A stretch of DNA of 55,683 bases from the NCBI GenBank assembly GCA_947293975.1, contig CAMYPV010000001.1, forward strand, positions 1 to 55,683, read 5' to 3'. A program made the position numbers and the translations under genes. Under the pieces are notes generated by a model. It was not told the DNA's origin. It saw only the letters and a program-made list of their open reading frames with translations, and did no database searches. Below are positions 32,887 to 42,594 of this stretch, in pieces. Numbering within the stretch: position 1 is the first letter of the stretch; each line of letters starts with the position of its first letter. This stretch comes from an uncultured Ezakiella sp. GTDB taxonomy: Bacteria; Bacillota; Clostridia; Tissierellales; Peptoniphilaceae.

Positions 32887-34227
32887 CTATTTTTTACCAT
32901 CCGTTTTGTCTGATTTTTCATCATTGTGATCATTTTTGTCGTTATTATCATTGTTGTCATTGTCATTATTATCATCGCCTTGCATTTCAACTCTTGTTAA
33001 ATGAACTCGAATTTGCGGTGTGCCAACTAATGTCAGCGACGATTTATCGCTAGGATTTAATTTTAAATTCAAAACATTTTCGCCTTCAACAGCGTTTTCA
33101 AGATCAACTGTCAAATTAATTTGCGCTGCTGACTTTGTCTTTAATTCCTTCTCATATCCCCTAGTAACTATATCCACAATTGTTGGAAGCATAGCTTCAT
33201 TTAATTGCAAATCTTGCGGAATATTTTCAAAAGTAATTTGATTTTTACTTACAGCAAATGATTTTGTGGTAAATTTTTGTATTTGATAATTTAATGTATA
33301 AACTTGTGAATTATCAATCGGTTCAATTCCTTCTGGAATAATTAATTTCAAAACTTTTTCATCACTATTAACAAGCTCTTCCATGTTAATAGGCTCTGTC
33401 TTGATGGTTTTTGGCACAACGGCATTTTCATCAATTAATTTCAAAGAAATAGTCGGTGGATTTACCGACATCTTTGTCGTTTCAAAATCAATAGGAAGAT
33501 TTCCAAATGTCGATGGCTCAATTGCAACTACAACCGTCTTATAAATTGGAACACTAATAGTAACAACATCAGGCTTCATCGTTACATTTGTCAATCTCTC
33601 ACCATTTGCACCAACAGCATAGAGAGGATTTGTAACAGTAAATCCTTTGTTCTTGCCATCAATATCAATACTTGTCTTGATGCTATCAATGATTCCAATC
33701 TGACTTGCAGCGCCCGTTACTTGAACCTTAGGTGACGACAATTGATAATCGCCCTTCATATAATTTTCTTCAGGATTTCCTTTTGTATCAACCACGACCT
33801 CAAAATCTCTCGACACAACCTTGTCAATATTAACCAAAATCGATGACGGACTAACCCCTTCAATATTAACAAGACTGCTCAATCCCTCCGGATTTACATC
33901 AATTGGAATTCGCTTGCTTCCAGCCTCATAACCTTGAAGGTCAATAGTAGCTGAAATCATATCCGGACTTACCCTTTCAAGTTCGTTCTTTTTGCCGCGT
34001 AATGTGACATTTACAAACTGTTCATCAGGAGTCATCAACTGATTGTCACTATCTCTTAAAGTCTCAGCATTTAAAAATTTAACTCTTATATTTCTAATCA
34101 CTCTTCTTTCGTCAGGATTTTCAATTGTCATTACATAGCTCCATAACAGGATTGCAATAACAATTGACATAATCTTAGCGATCAGATTCTGATTCTTCAT
34201 TTTCTTCATTTTGTTGTTTCGCTTCAT
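32887..34227 (-). CDS. cdaR: CdaR (YbbR-domain) regulator of diadenylate cyclase
   Basis: N-terminal TM (KIMSIVIAILLWSYV), YbbR-like repeats, follows cdaA; exact start uncertain. Confidence 0.85.
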   Translation of the reverse strand: MKRNNKMKKMKNQNLIAKIMSIVIAILLWSYVMTIENPDERRVIRNIRVKFLNAETLRDSDNQLMTPDEQFVNVTLRGKKNELERVSPDMISATIDLQGYEAGSKRIPIDVNPEGLSSLVNIEGVSPSSILVNIDKVVSRDFEVVVDTKGNPEENYMKGDYQLSSPKVQVTGAASQIGIIDSIKTSIDIDGKNKGFTVTNPLYAVGANGERLTNVTMKPDVVTISVPIYKTVVVAIEPSTFGNLPIDFETTKMSVNPPTISLKLIDENAVVPKTIKTEPINMEELVNSDEKVLKLIIPEGIEPIDNSQVYTLNYQIQKFTTKSFAVSKNQITFENIPQDLQLNEAMLPTIVDIVTRGYEKELKTKSAAQINLTVDLENAVEGENVLNLKLNPSDKSSLTLVGTPQIRVHLTRVEMQGDDNNDNDNNDNNDKNDHNDEKSDKTDGKK

Positions 34228-35068
34228 TGAACTCACCTATAATTTTTGATAAGAAGTTTACTTTATTATCTTTTGGACTGTAAACCTCATTTAATTTTTT
34301 GCGCAATGTTTCTTCATCTAAATATCTAGCAATCTCACCGTTCTCACAACTCGAAATGCTACCCGTTTCTTCACTTACAACGATTACCATACAGTCTGAA
34401 CGTTCAGAGATACCAAGCGCTGCTCTGTGACGCGTGCCAAGTTCTTTTGACAATCTATTATTATCAGTAATTGGCAAGAAGCATCCAGCCGCTTTGATTA
34501 TATCTCTGTCAATAATAACAGCTCCGTCGTGTAAAGGTGTATTTGGTATGAAAATATTAATTAACAAACCCATTGAAATTAATCCATCAATTTTTGTACC
34601 AGTTTCAATTATATCTTCAAGACCAGTTTGTCTTTGAAAAACAAGTAACGCTCCGATTTTTTGTCTTGAAAGTGAACTACAAGCCTGCACAATTTCCTCT
34701 ATCGCTGGATTTTCTCCATTTTCATCAGCCGTTAAAAATCTCTTTCCGATAAATTTACTGCGGCCGATTGATTCAAACGCACGCCTAATTTCAGGTTGAA
34801 ATATAACAACAATTGCAATTAAACCTGCACCCAACAACCAATCCAGTAGCCATTTTAATGTGTAAAGTCTAAACCATTCTGACAGTTTTGTAACCACTAG
34901 TAGAACAACCAAGCCCTTTGCAAGTTGCTCAGCACGTGTTTGTTTTACCAGCCTATAACATTGATATACAATGAAAGCTATGATTAATATATCGATAACA
35001 TTGTTAAATCTAAAATTTACTATAGATTCCTTTATCGATAAAAATGTATTCTCTAGTGAAAACCCCAT
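34175..35068 (-). CDS. cdaA: Diadenylate cyclase CdaA
   Basis: 3 TM helices, IFQPEIRR, NTPLHDGA, LGTRHRAALG, VSEETG. Confidence 0.96.
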   Translation of the reverse strand: MGFSLENTFLSIKESIVNFRFNNVIDILIIAFIVYQCYRLVKQTRAEQLAKGLVVLLVVTKLSEWFRLYTLKWLLDWLLGAGLIAIVVIFQPEIRRAFESIGRSKFIGKRFLTADENGENPAIEEIVQACSSLSRQKIGALLVFQRQTGLEDIIETGTKIDGLISMGLLINIFIPNTPLHDGAVIIDRDIIKAAGCFLPITDNNRLSKELGTRHRAALGISERSDCMVIVVSEETGSISSCENGEIARYLDEETLRKKLNEVYSPKDNKVNFLSKIIGEFNEAKQQNEENEESESDR

Positions 35069-35076
35069 ATTAACTC

Positions 35077-36873
35077 CTATATTAATTTCTTAAATTCGTC
35101 TTTAAATTCTTTAAACAAATCAATTGCATCTTGAATTGGTTGAGGCGAATTCATATCTACTCCTGCTCTTTTTAAAACATCAATTGGATCTAATGACGAA
35201 CCTGATTGTAAGAATTGTAGATACATGTCTCTTTCTTTTTCGCCACCATTTAAAACACGCTTTGCAAACGATAATGCTGCTGAAATTCCAGTTGCATATT
35301 GGTAGACGTAAAAATCATAATAGAAATGAGGTATTCTTGCCCATTCATATTTTATATAGTCGTCATCTTCCATTGTTGGTCCATAATATTTTTTATTAAT
35401 TTCTTCGTATTTTTTGCTCAAGAAATCTGGTGTAAGTGCAACGCCTGATTCATAAGCCTCGTAAATTTCTTTTTCATACTCTGCAAATTGAGTTTGTCTA
35501 AACAACGTACCCTTTATTGAATCCATGAAGTGATTTAGTATATACATTTTCTTCTTAGGATCATCTTTCCACTTATCCAATAAATAGAATGTTAAAAGTG
35601 ATTCATTCATTGTACTTGCAACTTCTGCTACAAAAATTGAATAGCCAGAGTATACATAAGGCTGATTGCCTCTTGAGTATAATGAGTGCATGCTGTGTCC
35701 CATCTCATGAGCAACTGTAAATACATCATCAAGCGTACCATGATAATTTAGAAGTATATATGGATCTGTTTTGTACGATCCGCTTGAATAAGCACCTCCA
35801 CGCTTACCAGGAGTTTCGTACACGTCACACCATCTACTTTCAAAACCATTTCTCAAATCATTGACGTATTTTTCGCCAAGTGGCTTTAATGCATCAAGAA
35901 TCATTTCTTTTGCTTCTTCAAATGTATAATTTATATCCATATCCTCAACAAGATTTTTGTAAACATCATACATATGAATCTTTTCAAGGCCCAAAACCTT
36001 TTTACGAACATCAACATAATCATGCAATTCAGTGATATTTTTGCCAACAGTATCTAATAATTGATCATATACAGAAACTGGGATTTTATTTGCAAAAAGT
36101 GCAGCTTCTCTTGCCGAGTTATATTTTCTAAGCTTTGCTTCAATTGCAATTGACTTTGTATTTGCATCCAATGTACTTGCAAGCGTGTTTATGTGATCTT
36201 GATATGTCTTATAATATGCTTCAAAAACTTCTTTTCTATCATCAACATTTGCCTCTGTTAAAAGTGGAACAAAATTGCCGCTTGTTAATTGAACATCCTT
36301 GCCATCGACATTAACCATAGGAAATTTCATATCTGCAACTGTAAGCATCGAAAAGCTCTTTTGTCCAGCAGATAAAACTGGACTTAAACTTGCAATAATT
36401 CCCTCTTCACTTTCTGATAATGTGTGAGGTTTGTATCTCAAAATATTTTCAAGCCACCTACCATAGATTTTTAACTCTTCTTTTTGATCGATAAATGACT
36501 GTAATTTTTTTACATCTGATGATAAAATTTCTGGAATAAAATATGCAGAAGCTGCGCTATAATTCGTATACAAGGATGATAGTTTATCACTTAATGCTTG
36601 ATACTTTGCATCTCTATTATCTTCGTTAAAACGATTTGAAATATATGTTGAAACGAGTCCAAAATTAATCCCGATAGTTTCATACAAATTTAAAATTTCC
36701 AAAATTGTATCTGCTGATTCAGAAACTCTGCCCTTGTAAGTTTTAAATTTTTCCGTCAAACTCTCAATCTCTTCAATCTTTTTTTGTAGCTCCTCATCAG
36801 AACTAAAAACTTTCTCTAAATTCCATTTGTACTTTTGATCAATCTCATCTTTTGATTTAAAATTGTAACCCAT
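35077..36873 (-). CDS. pepF: Oligoendopeptidase F
   Basis: KWNLEKVF, GKRGGAYS, HEMGHSMH zinc motif, AEVAST, WARIPHFY. Confidence 0.95.
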   Translation of the reverse strand: MGYNFKSKDEIDQKYKWNLEKVFSSDEELQKKIEEIESLTEKFKTYKGRVSESADTILEILNLYETIGINFGLVSTYISNRFNEDNRDAKYQALSDKLSSLYTNYSAASAYFIPEILSSDVKKLQSFIDQKEELKIYGRWLENILRYKPHTLSESEEGIIASLSPVLSAGQKSFSMLTVADMKFPMVNVDGKDVQLTSGNFVPLLTEANVDDRKEVFEAYYKTYQDHINTLASTLDANTKSIAIEAKLRKYNSAREAALFANKIPVSVYDQLLDTVGKNITELHDYVDVRKKVLGLEKIHMYDVYKNLVEDMDINYTFEEAKEMILDALKPLGEKYVNDLRNGFESRWCDVYETPGKRGGAYSSGSYKTDPYILLNYHGTLDDVFTVAHEMGHSMHSLYSRGNQPYVYSGYSIFVAEVASTMNESLLTFYLLDKWKDDPKKKMYILNHFMDSIKGTLFRQTQFAEYEKEIYEAYESGVALTPDFLSKKYEEINKKYYGPTMEDDDYIKYEWARIPHFYYDFYVYQYATGISAALSFAKRVLNGGEKERDMYLQFLQSGSSLDPIDVLKRAGVDMNSPQPIQDAIDLFKEFKDEFKKLI

Positions 36874-36881
36874 AACTCCTC

Positions 36882-37526
36882 CTATTTTTTATTTTTATAA
36901 TACAAACATAAATGAACAATCGGACATTCTCCACAAAGTGGATTCCGTGCTTTGCAGATTCTTCTGCCATGAAAAATTAAAACATGATGCATCTTTGTCC
37001 AAATATCTTTTTTTAACACCTTCATTAATGCCTGTTCAGTCGACTCCACGTCTTTCTCGTTAACAAGGCCAATGCGATTAGAAACTCTAAACACATGAGT
37101 GTCCACCGCAATTGCCGGAACCCCAAAACAATTTGATAATACAACATTTGCTGTCTTTCTACCAACGCCCGGAAGTTTAACAAGCTCATTCATCTTGTCT
37201 GGAACTTTTGAATCATAATCCTCTACCAGAATTCTACAAGTTTCCATTATGTTTTTCGCCTTTGAATTATAAAATCCAGCCGTTCTAATATAATCGATCA
37301 GTAATTCAAGACCCAAATCGATTATAGCTTCTGGAGTGTTTGCAACTTTAAAAAGTTCATTTGTAATTTTATTAACACGCACATCTGTGCATTGTGCTGA
37401 CAAAATTGTTGCTATTAACAATTCAAAAGCGGTGGTATGCACGAGTTCACATTCTGCATCATGATGATAGTCCATAAGTATATTTACAACTTCTGCTACT
37501 TCAGACTTGTTCAATTTTTTTCTCAT
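36882..37526 (-). CDS. nth: Endonuclease III
   Basis: LSAQCTD, LPGVGRKTANV, VDTHV, C-terminal 4Fe-4S Cys motif. Confidence 0.96.
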   Translation of the reverse strand: MRKKLNKSEVAEVVNILMDYHHDAECELVHTTAFELLIATILSAQCTDVRVNKITNELFKVANTPEAIIDLGLELLIDYIRTAGFYNSKAKNIMETCRILVEDYDSKVPDKMNELVKLPGVGRKTANVVLSNCFGVPAIAVDTHVFRVSNRIGLVNEKDVESTEQALMKVLKKDIWTKMHHVLIFHGRRICKARNPLCGECPIVHLCLYYKNKK

Positions 37527-37804
37527 AACCAAAAACTCTCCTTTGATACTATGTCATAATCACAAAAATTTTCAATATAATGCAAGACATTTTCATTAAC
37601 AGAGTTCAAATGAGTGTTGCTATTTGAAACGCTTGAAAAACCAATTGTTAAAAAATCTAAATCATCTTGACTATCACATTCTGCAACAGATATATTAAAT
37701 TTATTTTTTAATTTTCTTATCAGAGACTCCCTTATGCTTCGTTTCTCTTTTAAAGAGCGAATCTCATTGAGTCTTATGACAATTTCTGTAGCTACTACTT
37801 TCAT
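37523..37804 (-). CDS. DUF503 (YlxP) family protein
   Basis: SLKEKRS...KLKNKFNISVAE. Confidence 0.85.
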   Translation of the reverse strand: MKVVATEIVIRLNEIRSLKEKRSIRESLIRKLKNKFNISVAECDSQDDLDFLTIGFSSVSNSNTHLNSVNENVLHYIENFCDYDIVSKESFWL

Positions 37805-37917
37805 AATCCACCTATAATTAGTATATCATTTAAGCCTGAAAAAATCTAGCTTGATTTTTTAATGCTTATATAATACAATTATTGTAGATATTAATAAAAT
37901 CTATGAGGAGGTTGTAT

Positions 37918-38616
37918 ATGAAAAGTGTTTTAGATAAAGGCTATGTACGTTTAGTTGATGTAATGGGTTCAGATTTAACAGTTGTAAATGCAGCAAGAGC
38001 AAGCTACGCAAAAGAAAGCAAAGAAATGAGTGAAAGTGACGAAAAGCTAATTGCATTTTTGGCAAAGCACGATCACACATCACCATTTAGGCATGCTATG
38101 TTACAGTTTGAAATCTACGCACCACTAATGGTTGCACGTCAGTGGTGGAAATATATTATCGGCAGCTCACATTTAGAAGGTATTGGCGACACCATGAACG
38201 CATGGAACGAATCTTCCAGAAGATATGTAACAATGGAGCCAACATTCTATGTGCCAACAGAAAATGAATGGAGAGGAAAACCTGACAACAATAAACAAGG
38301 CTCAAAAGAACCTGTTGATGCAAAGTTGGGTGCTGAATTCACAGATAAATTAAACAAATATATCAAAGAAGGCGTCGACCTATACGAAGAAGCAATGGAA
38401 AGAGGCATCTGCGCCGAAGAAGCAAGACTATTCTTGCCTGCATACGGCATGTATGTTTCGTGGTATTGGACGGCAAGCCTTCAATCAGTTGCTCATTTTA
38501 TCAAGCAACGCACAGATTCACACAGCCAATTTGAAATTAGAGAATACGCCGAAGCAGTTAAAGAGCTCGCAATTGAAAAATTCCCATTAGGAATTAAAGC
38601 ATTTTTAGATTCATAA
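37918..38616 (+). CDS. thyX: FAD-dependent thymidylate synthase
   Basis: VLDKGYVRLVD, VVNAARASY, HTSPFRH, NESSRRY, EEARLFLP, SQFEIREYA; start after AGGAGG. Confidence 0.92.
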   Translation: MKSVLDKGYVRLVDVMGSDLTVVNAARASYAKESKEMSESDEKLIAFLAKHDHTSPFRHAMLQFEIYAPLMVARQWWKYIIGSSHLEGIGDTMNAWNESSRRYVTMEPTFYVPTENEWRGKPDNNKQGSKEPVDAKLGAEFTDKLNKYIKEGVDLYEEAMERGICAEEARLFLPAYGMYVSWYWTASLQSVAHFIKQRTDSHSQFEIREYAEAVKELAIEKFPLGIKAFLDS

Positions 38617-38622
38617 ATAACT

Positions 38623-38689
38623 AACGCCATTTAATTTAAAATTAAATGGCGTTTTTACATAAAAAAATTGCGTGGACGTCCACGCAATT
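38623..38689. terminator. Back-to-back terminators of thyX and flavodoxin
   Basis: AACGCCATTTAATT/AATTAAATGGCGTT and AATTGCGTGGAC/GTCCACGCAATT hairpins with T-tracts. Confidence 0.75.
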
Positions 38690-38700
38690 AAATCTCTTAA

Positions 38701-39111
38701 TTAAAATGTTTTACCAAGTTCTTTGCATTCTTCTAATGCATCTGCATCTGGATAATCATATGCTTTGAGTGCAGTTACAATTTCAACACCATTTTCTTCC
38801 ATTTCAGATTTCCAGTTTTCGATCCATAGACCATCGTTCCATGCGTATGAACCAAAGATACCAACTTTTTTATCTTTTAACAAATCCATAACTGATTCGA
38901 TATATGGTCTAAATGTTAGGTCTTCGATTTCTTCATCACCTTTTGCAGGGCAACCTAATAAAACTTCGCTTGCCTCTTCAACATCTGCAACTGACGCATC
39001 GTCAACTGCTACTAATCTAACTTCTTTACCAGCTTCTTCTGCGCCTTCTTTGATAGCTTCAGCCATTGCTTCAGTGTTGCCAGTTTCTGTGTAATAAATA
39101 ATTGATAACAT
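38701..39111 (-). CDS. Flavodoxin (short chain)
   Basis: YYTETGNTEAMAEAI, LGCPA, FGSYAW. Confidence 0.93.
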   Translation of the reverse strand: MLSIIYYTETGNTEAMAEAIKEGAEEAGKEVRLVAVDDASVADVEEASEVLLGCPAKGDEEIEDLTFRPYIESVMDLLKDKKVGIFGSYAWNDGLWIENWKSEMEENGVEIVTALKAYDYPDADALEECKELGKTF

Positions 39112-39169
39112 ATTATACCTCCTAAAAATGTTATACCCAGTTTAATATTCTTTAAACTATATTAAATAT

Positions 39170-40048
39170 TTATAATCTTTCATCTCCCCAAAAGAAAATA
39201 CCAATTGCTCCACCACCTGTATGGGCACCAATATTTAAGTGAATATTAAAAAATTCTACATCTTTTATATTTTTAAATTTTTCTTGAACTTTTTCTTTTA
39301 ATAAATTTGCATTATCAAGCTCTAATGAGTGGCATATAAAAATTTTGCCATCATAGTCCACTCCACCCACAGCTTTTTCTTCTGCGATTTCTAATAAATT
39401 TTTAACTGCCGACTTAAAGCCGTGTGCTTTTTTATATGGAGTTAACTTTCCATTTTTGTCAATCGAAATTATTGGACAAATATTTAAAGCATTTCCTAAA
39501 AGCATAGAAGTTTTTGAAACTCTACCGCCACGATATAAATGAGTTAAGTTTCTAATTGTAAAAGCTCCAACACATTTTTGTATTTCGCTTTCAACAGTCT
39601 TTGCAATTTCAGCAGCACTAAGACCCTTGTCTCTTAACTCAACTGCCCTATCAAGAATCAAACCTTGACCAGATGAAACAGACAAACTATCGATTACATA
39701 TCCGTCAACATCGTATTCTGATTTTACTCTATCAAGTGCTGCTCTTGCATTTAATGTGGAGCGAGTGATACCTGTAGAAATATCTACATGCACAAAATCA
39801 TTACCACTTTCTGCAATTTCTTTAAAAAGTTCATAGTATGTTTCTTCGTTATTTTGTGATGATGTCGGCAATAATCCATCTTGCATTCTATTAAAATAAA
39901 GATCAACATCTGCACTATAATCATCAAACACAACTTCATCATCAATAATCGCAATATTTGGTACAAAAACTACATCGTTTTTATCAAAATACTCTCGATT
40001 TAAATCAACTGTTGACGTTGCTATTAATTTTACATTTTTTTCTTTCAT
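39170..40048 (-). CDS. DegV family protein
   Basis: STVDL, PTSSQ, ISTGITRS, IDSLSVSSG, LYRGGRVS, GAHTG. Confidence 0.9.
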   Translation of the reverse strand: MKEKNVKLIATSTVDLNREYFDKNDVVFVPNIAIIDDEVVFDDYSADVDLYFNRMQDGLLPTSSQNNEETYYELFKEIAESGNDFVHVDISTGITRSTLNARAALDRVKSEYDVDGYVIDSLSVSSGQGLILDRAVELRDKGLSAAEIAKTVESEIQKCVGAFTIRNLTHLYRGGRVSKTSMLLGNALNICPIISIDKNGKLTPYKKAHGFKSAVKNLLEIAEEKAVGGVDYDGKIFICHSLELDNANLLKEKVQEKFKNIKDVEFFNIHLNIGAHTGGGAIGIFFWGDERL

Positions 40049-40058
40049 ACATCCTCCA

Positions 40059-41429
40059 TTATATAAATGCATCTGGATCTTGACATTCCATTTTTACTTC
40101 TTTAAATACCTTGATCAAATAATAAAATACTATTACAAAGCTCATTGAGTCACTAACGCAGTAAGCCCACCATATTCCATCAATACCAAAGAACATTGGC
40201 ATGATATAAACTGCTGGAACCAATATTAATAGCTGTCTTAATAATGACGTAAACATCGCTATTCTTGGGCGTCTTACAGCAGAGAAAAACGATGTCCCTG
40301 TGATTGCAATACCAAGTACAGGGCTTGCATACATTGACTTTCTAAGCGCCGGTACAAGATATTTAAATACTTGTGGATCTGCATCTGCTTTTAAGAATAA
40401 TAATGATATTTTTTCTGGGAAAATCATAATAATCCCAAACACAACAATTGCAATAGACGTTGCAAACATTCCACCGTACATATACGCTTCTTTTAATCTG
40501 TCATAGCTCTTTGCGCCATAATTGTATCCAATAATTGGTTGAATGCCTTGATTTATACCAAACATCGGCATAAAGAATATCGATGTGACAGAGCTTACAA
40601 TACTTAAAACCGATACTCCAAGTGCGCCGCCAATTCTATCCATCTGTATAACGATTATTGAGTTTACAACAGCGTTTGCAATATTTATAGAGAATAATGC
40701 CATCCCGTTTTCAACGATTTCGCCGACAATTTTTGGCTCAAACTTCATATACTTAGTGTCAAGATTAACAGTATGTTTTTTATCAATAAAAAATTTTAGA
40801 ACCCACGCCATTGAAGCGTATTGCGAAATAACTGTAGCAAGAGCCGCACCGCGAACGCCCATATCTAATGCATAAATAAATATAGGGTCCAAAATTATAT
40901 TCAATGCAACACCAATTAAAATTGTATTCATAGCAGATTTTGCATTGCCTTCAGCTCTTATAAAGTTATTTAAACCAAAGCCAATAATTTGAGCTGGAAA
41001 ACCATATATAACAATATCAAAATAATTTTTTGCATACTGATGATTTTCGACTGATGTTCCAAAAACTCTTAAAATTTGTTCACTAAAAATAAAAGAGCCT
41101 ACCGTAATAATTGCAGCTATCAAAGCTAGCATGGCAAAAGATGTATTTAAATACTCTTCTGCACTTTTGTGATCCTTGCGTCCAAGTGCAATACTTGTTA
41201 ATGTTGAACCACCAACTGACGCAAGCATCTGAAAACTCATTACGACAAGCATAATTGGCATAGTTATAAATACGCCACCAATTGCGATTTCACTTACCAA
41301 ATGCCCGATGAAAATTCTGTCCACGATATTATAAAGAGCATTTGCAAGCATCGCTATAATACTAGGAATAGAGAGCTTGAACACAAGAGAGCGAATGCTC
41401 TTTGTGCCAAGCCCATAGTCCTTAGTCAT
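40059..41429 (-). CDS. MATE family efflux transporter (MepA-like)
   Basis: [36 protein letters not shown]. Confidence 0.92.
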   Translation of the reverse strand: MTKDYGLGTKSIRSLVFKLSIPSIIAMLANALYNIVDRIFIGHLVSEIAIGGVFITMPIMLVVMSFQMLASVGGSTLTSIALGRKDHKSAEEYLNTSFAMLALIAAIITVGSFIFSEQILRVFGTSVENHQYAKNYFDIVIYGFPAQIIGFGLNNFIRAEGNAKSAMNTILIGVALNIILDPIFIYALDMGVRGAALATVISQYASMAWVLKFFIDKKHTVNLDTKYMKFEPKIVGEIVENGMALFSINIANAVVNSIIVIQMDRIGGALGVSVLSIVSSVTSIFFMPMFGINQGIQPIIGYNYGAKSYDRLKEAYMYGGMFATSIAIVVFGIIMIFPEKISLLFLKADADPQVFKYLVPALRKSMYASPVLGIAITGTSFFSAVRRPRIAMFTSLLRQLLILVPAVYIMPMFFGIDGIWWAYCVSDSMSFVIVFYYLIKVFKEVKMECQDPDAFI

Positions 41430-41862
41430 TCAAATCAGCAGTACAATGTGGACATTTAACCGCTTCGATTGGAATTTCTGTCTTACAATATTTGCATGAC
41501 TTTGTTGTAGGTGCAGCCTCTGCGACAGGCTCATGTTTTTTAACTTTGTTAAACAATTTTACAATAATAAAAATACAAAAAGCTATAATCAAAAAGTCAA
41601 TAACATTTTGAATAAATGCACCGTATTTAAAAACAGCAGCGCCTGCTTCTTCTGCAGCTGCCAAATTTGCATAATCTTTTCCATCAAGTGCAATAAATAA
41701 ATTTGTAAAATCAATACCGCCTAATATTAAACCGATTATTGGCATAAGTATATCATTTACAAGTGATGAAACAATTTTACCAAATGCTCCACCGATGATG
41801 ACACCGACAGCCATATCAAGCACATTACCTTTGCTGATAAAATCTTTAAATTCCTTAATCAT
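41422..41862 (-). CDS. mscL: Large-conductance mechanosensitive channel
   Basis: [43 protein letters not shown]. Confidence 0.96.
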   Translation of the reverse strand: MIKEFKDFISKGNVLDMAVGVIIGGAFGKIVSSLVNDILMPIIGLILGGIDFTNLFIALDGKDYANLAAAEEAGAAVFKYGAFIQNVIDFLIIAFCIFIIVKLFNKVKKHEPVAEAAPTTKSCKYCKTEIPIEAVKCPHCTADLND

Positions 41863-41958
41863 TTCTTCCTCCTTACTAAAATTCTTATATAATTATTATA
41901 CCATTACACACTTCTTTTTACAAGGAAATTATGTTACAATCAATTGGGAGGATTAATA

Positions 41959-42549
41959 ATGAAATACTACGCAATAAAAAATGGCAAATCGCCCGGCATT
42001 TACACTTCATGGGATGAGGCAAAAGCACAGGTGCACGGATTTAAAGGCGCAATATATAAATCATTCAAAACAAAAGAAGAAGCAGAAAATTATATGACTG
42101 GCAGCGAAATTAAAACAGACATTGTAAATGAGGTCAGCGATAACGAAGCCATCGTTTATGTTGATGGGAGCTATTCAAAAGACAAAACATACTCATACGG
42201 CTATGTTATTATATACAATGACGAAGAAATCACAGGTTCCAAAAGATTTAACGATTCATCATATGCAGATTTTAGAAATGTTGCAGGAGAAGTTTTAGGC
42301 TCCATTGCTGCAATTGAAAAATCTATTGAGCTTGGCATCAAAAAAATATATTTACATCACGACTACACAGGCATACGCCACTGGGCATTAAAAGAATGGA
42401 AAGCAAACAACGAACTAACACAATCTTATCGCAACTTTTTTGATAAAATAAAAGACAAAATACAAGTTGAATTTATAAAAGTCGATGCACACACCGGAGT
42501 CAAATACAATGAAATGGTTGACGAACTCGCAAAAAACGCAAAACTATAA
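41959..42549 (+). CDS. rnhA: Ribonuclease HI with N-terminal viroplasmin/hybrid-binding domain
   Basis: YYAIKNGKSPGIYTSWDE, YVDGSY, RNVAGE, DYTGI, KVDAHTG..NE.VD.LA. Confidence 0.88.
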   Translation: MKYYAIKNGKSPGIYTSWDEAKAQVHGFKGAIYKSFKTKEEAENYMTGSEIKTDIVNEVSDNEAIVYVDGSYSKDKTYSYGYVIIYNDEEITGSKRFNDSSYADFRNVAGEVLGSIAAIEKSIELGIKKIYLHHDYTGIRHWALKEWKANNELTQSYRNFFDKIKDKIQVEFIKVDAHTGVKYNEMVDELAKNAKL

Positions 42550-42566
42550 ATATAAATCATCTCACA

Positions 42567-42594
42567 AAAAAATCACCCCGCAGGGTGATTTTTT
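42567..42594. terminator. Bidirectional terminator
   Basis: AAAAAATCACCC-CGCA-GGGTGATTTTTT. Confidence 0.8.

Noticed and set aside
32890..32977. Asp/Asn-rich repeat at the cdaR C-terminus
   Set aside because: Ordinary low-complexity tail.
37874..37886. NrdR box upstream of thyX
   Set aside because: The palindrome is shorter than the 16-bp NrdR consensus and occurs singly.
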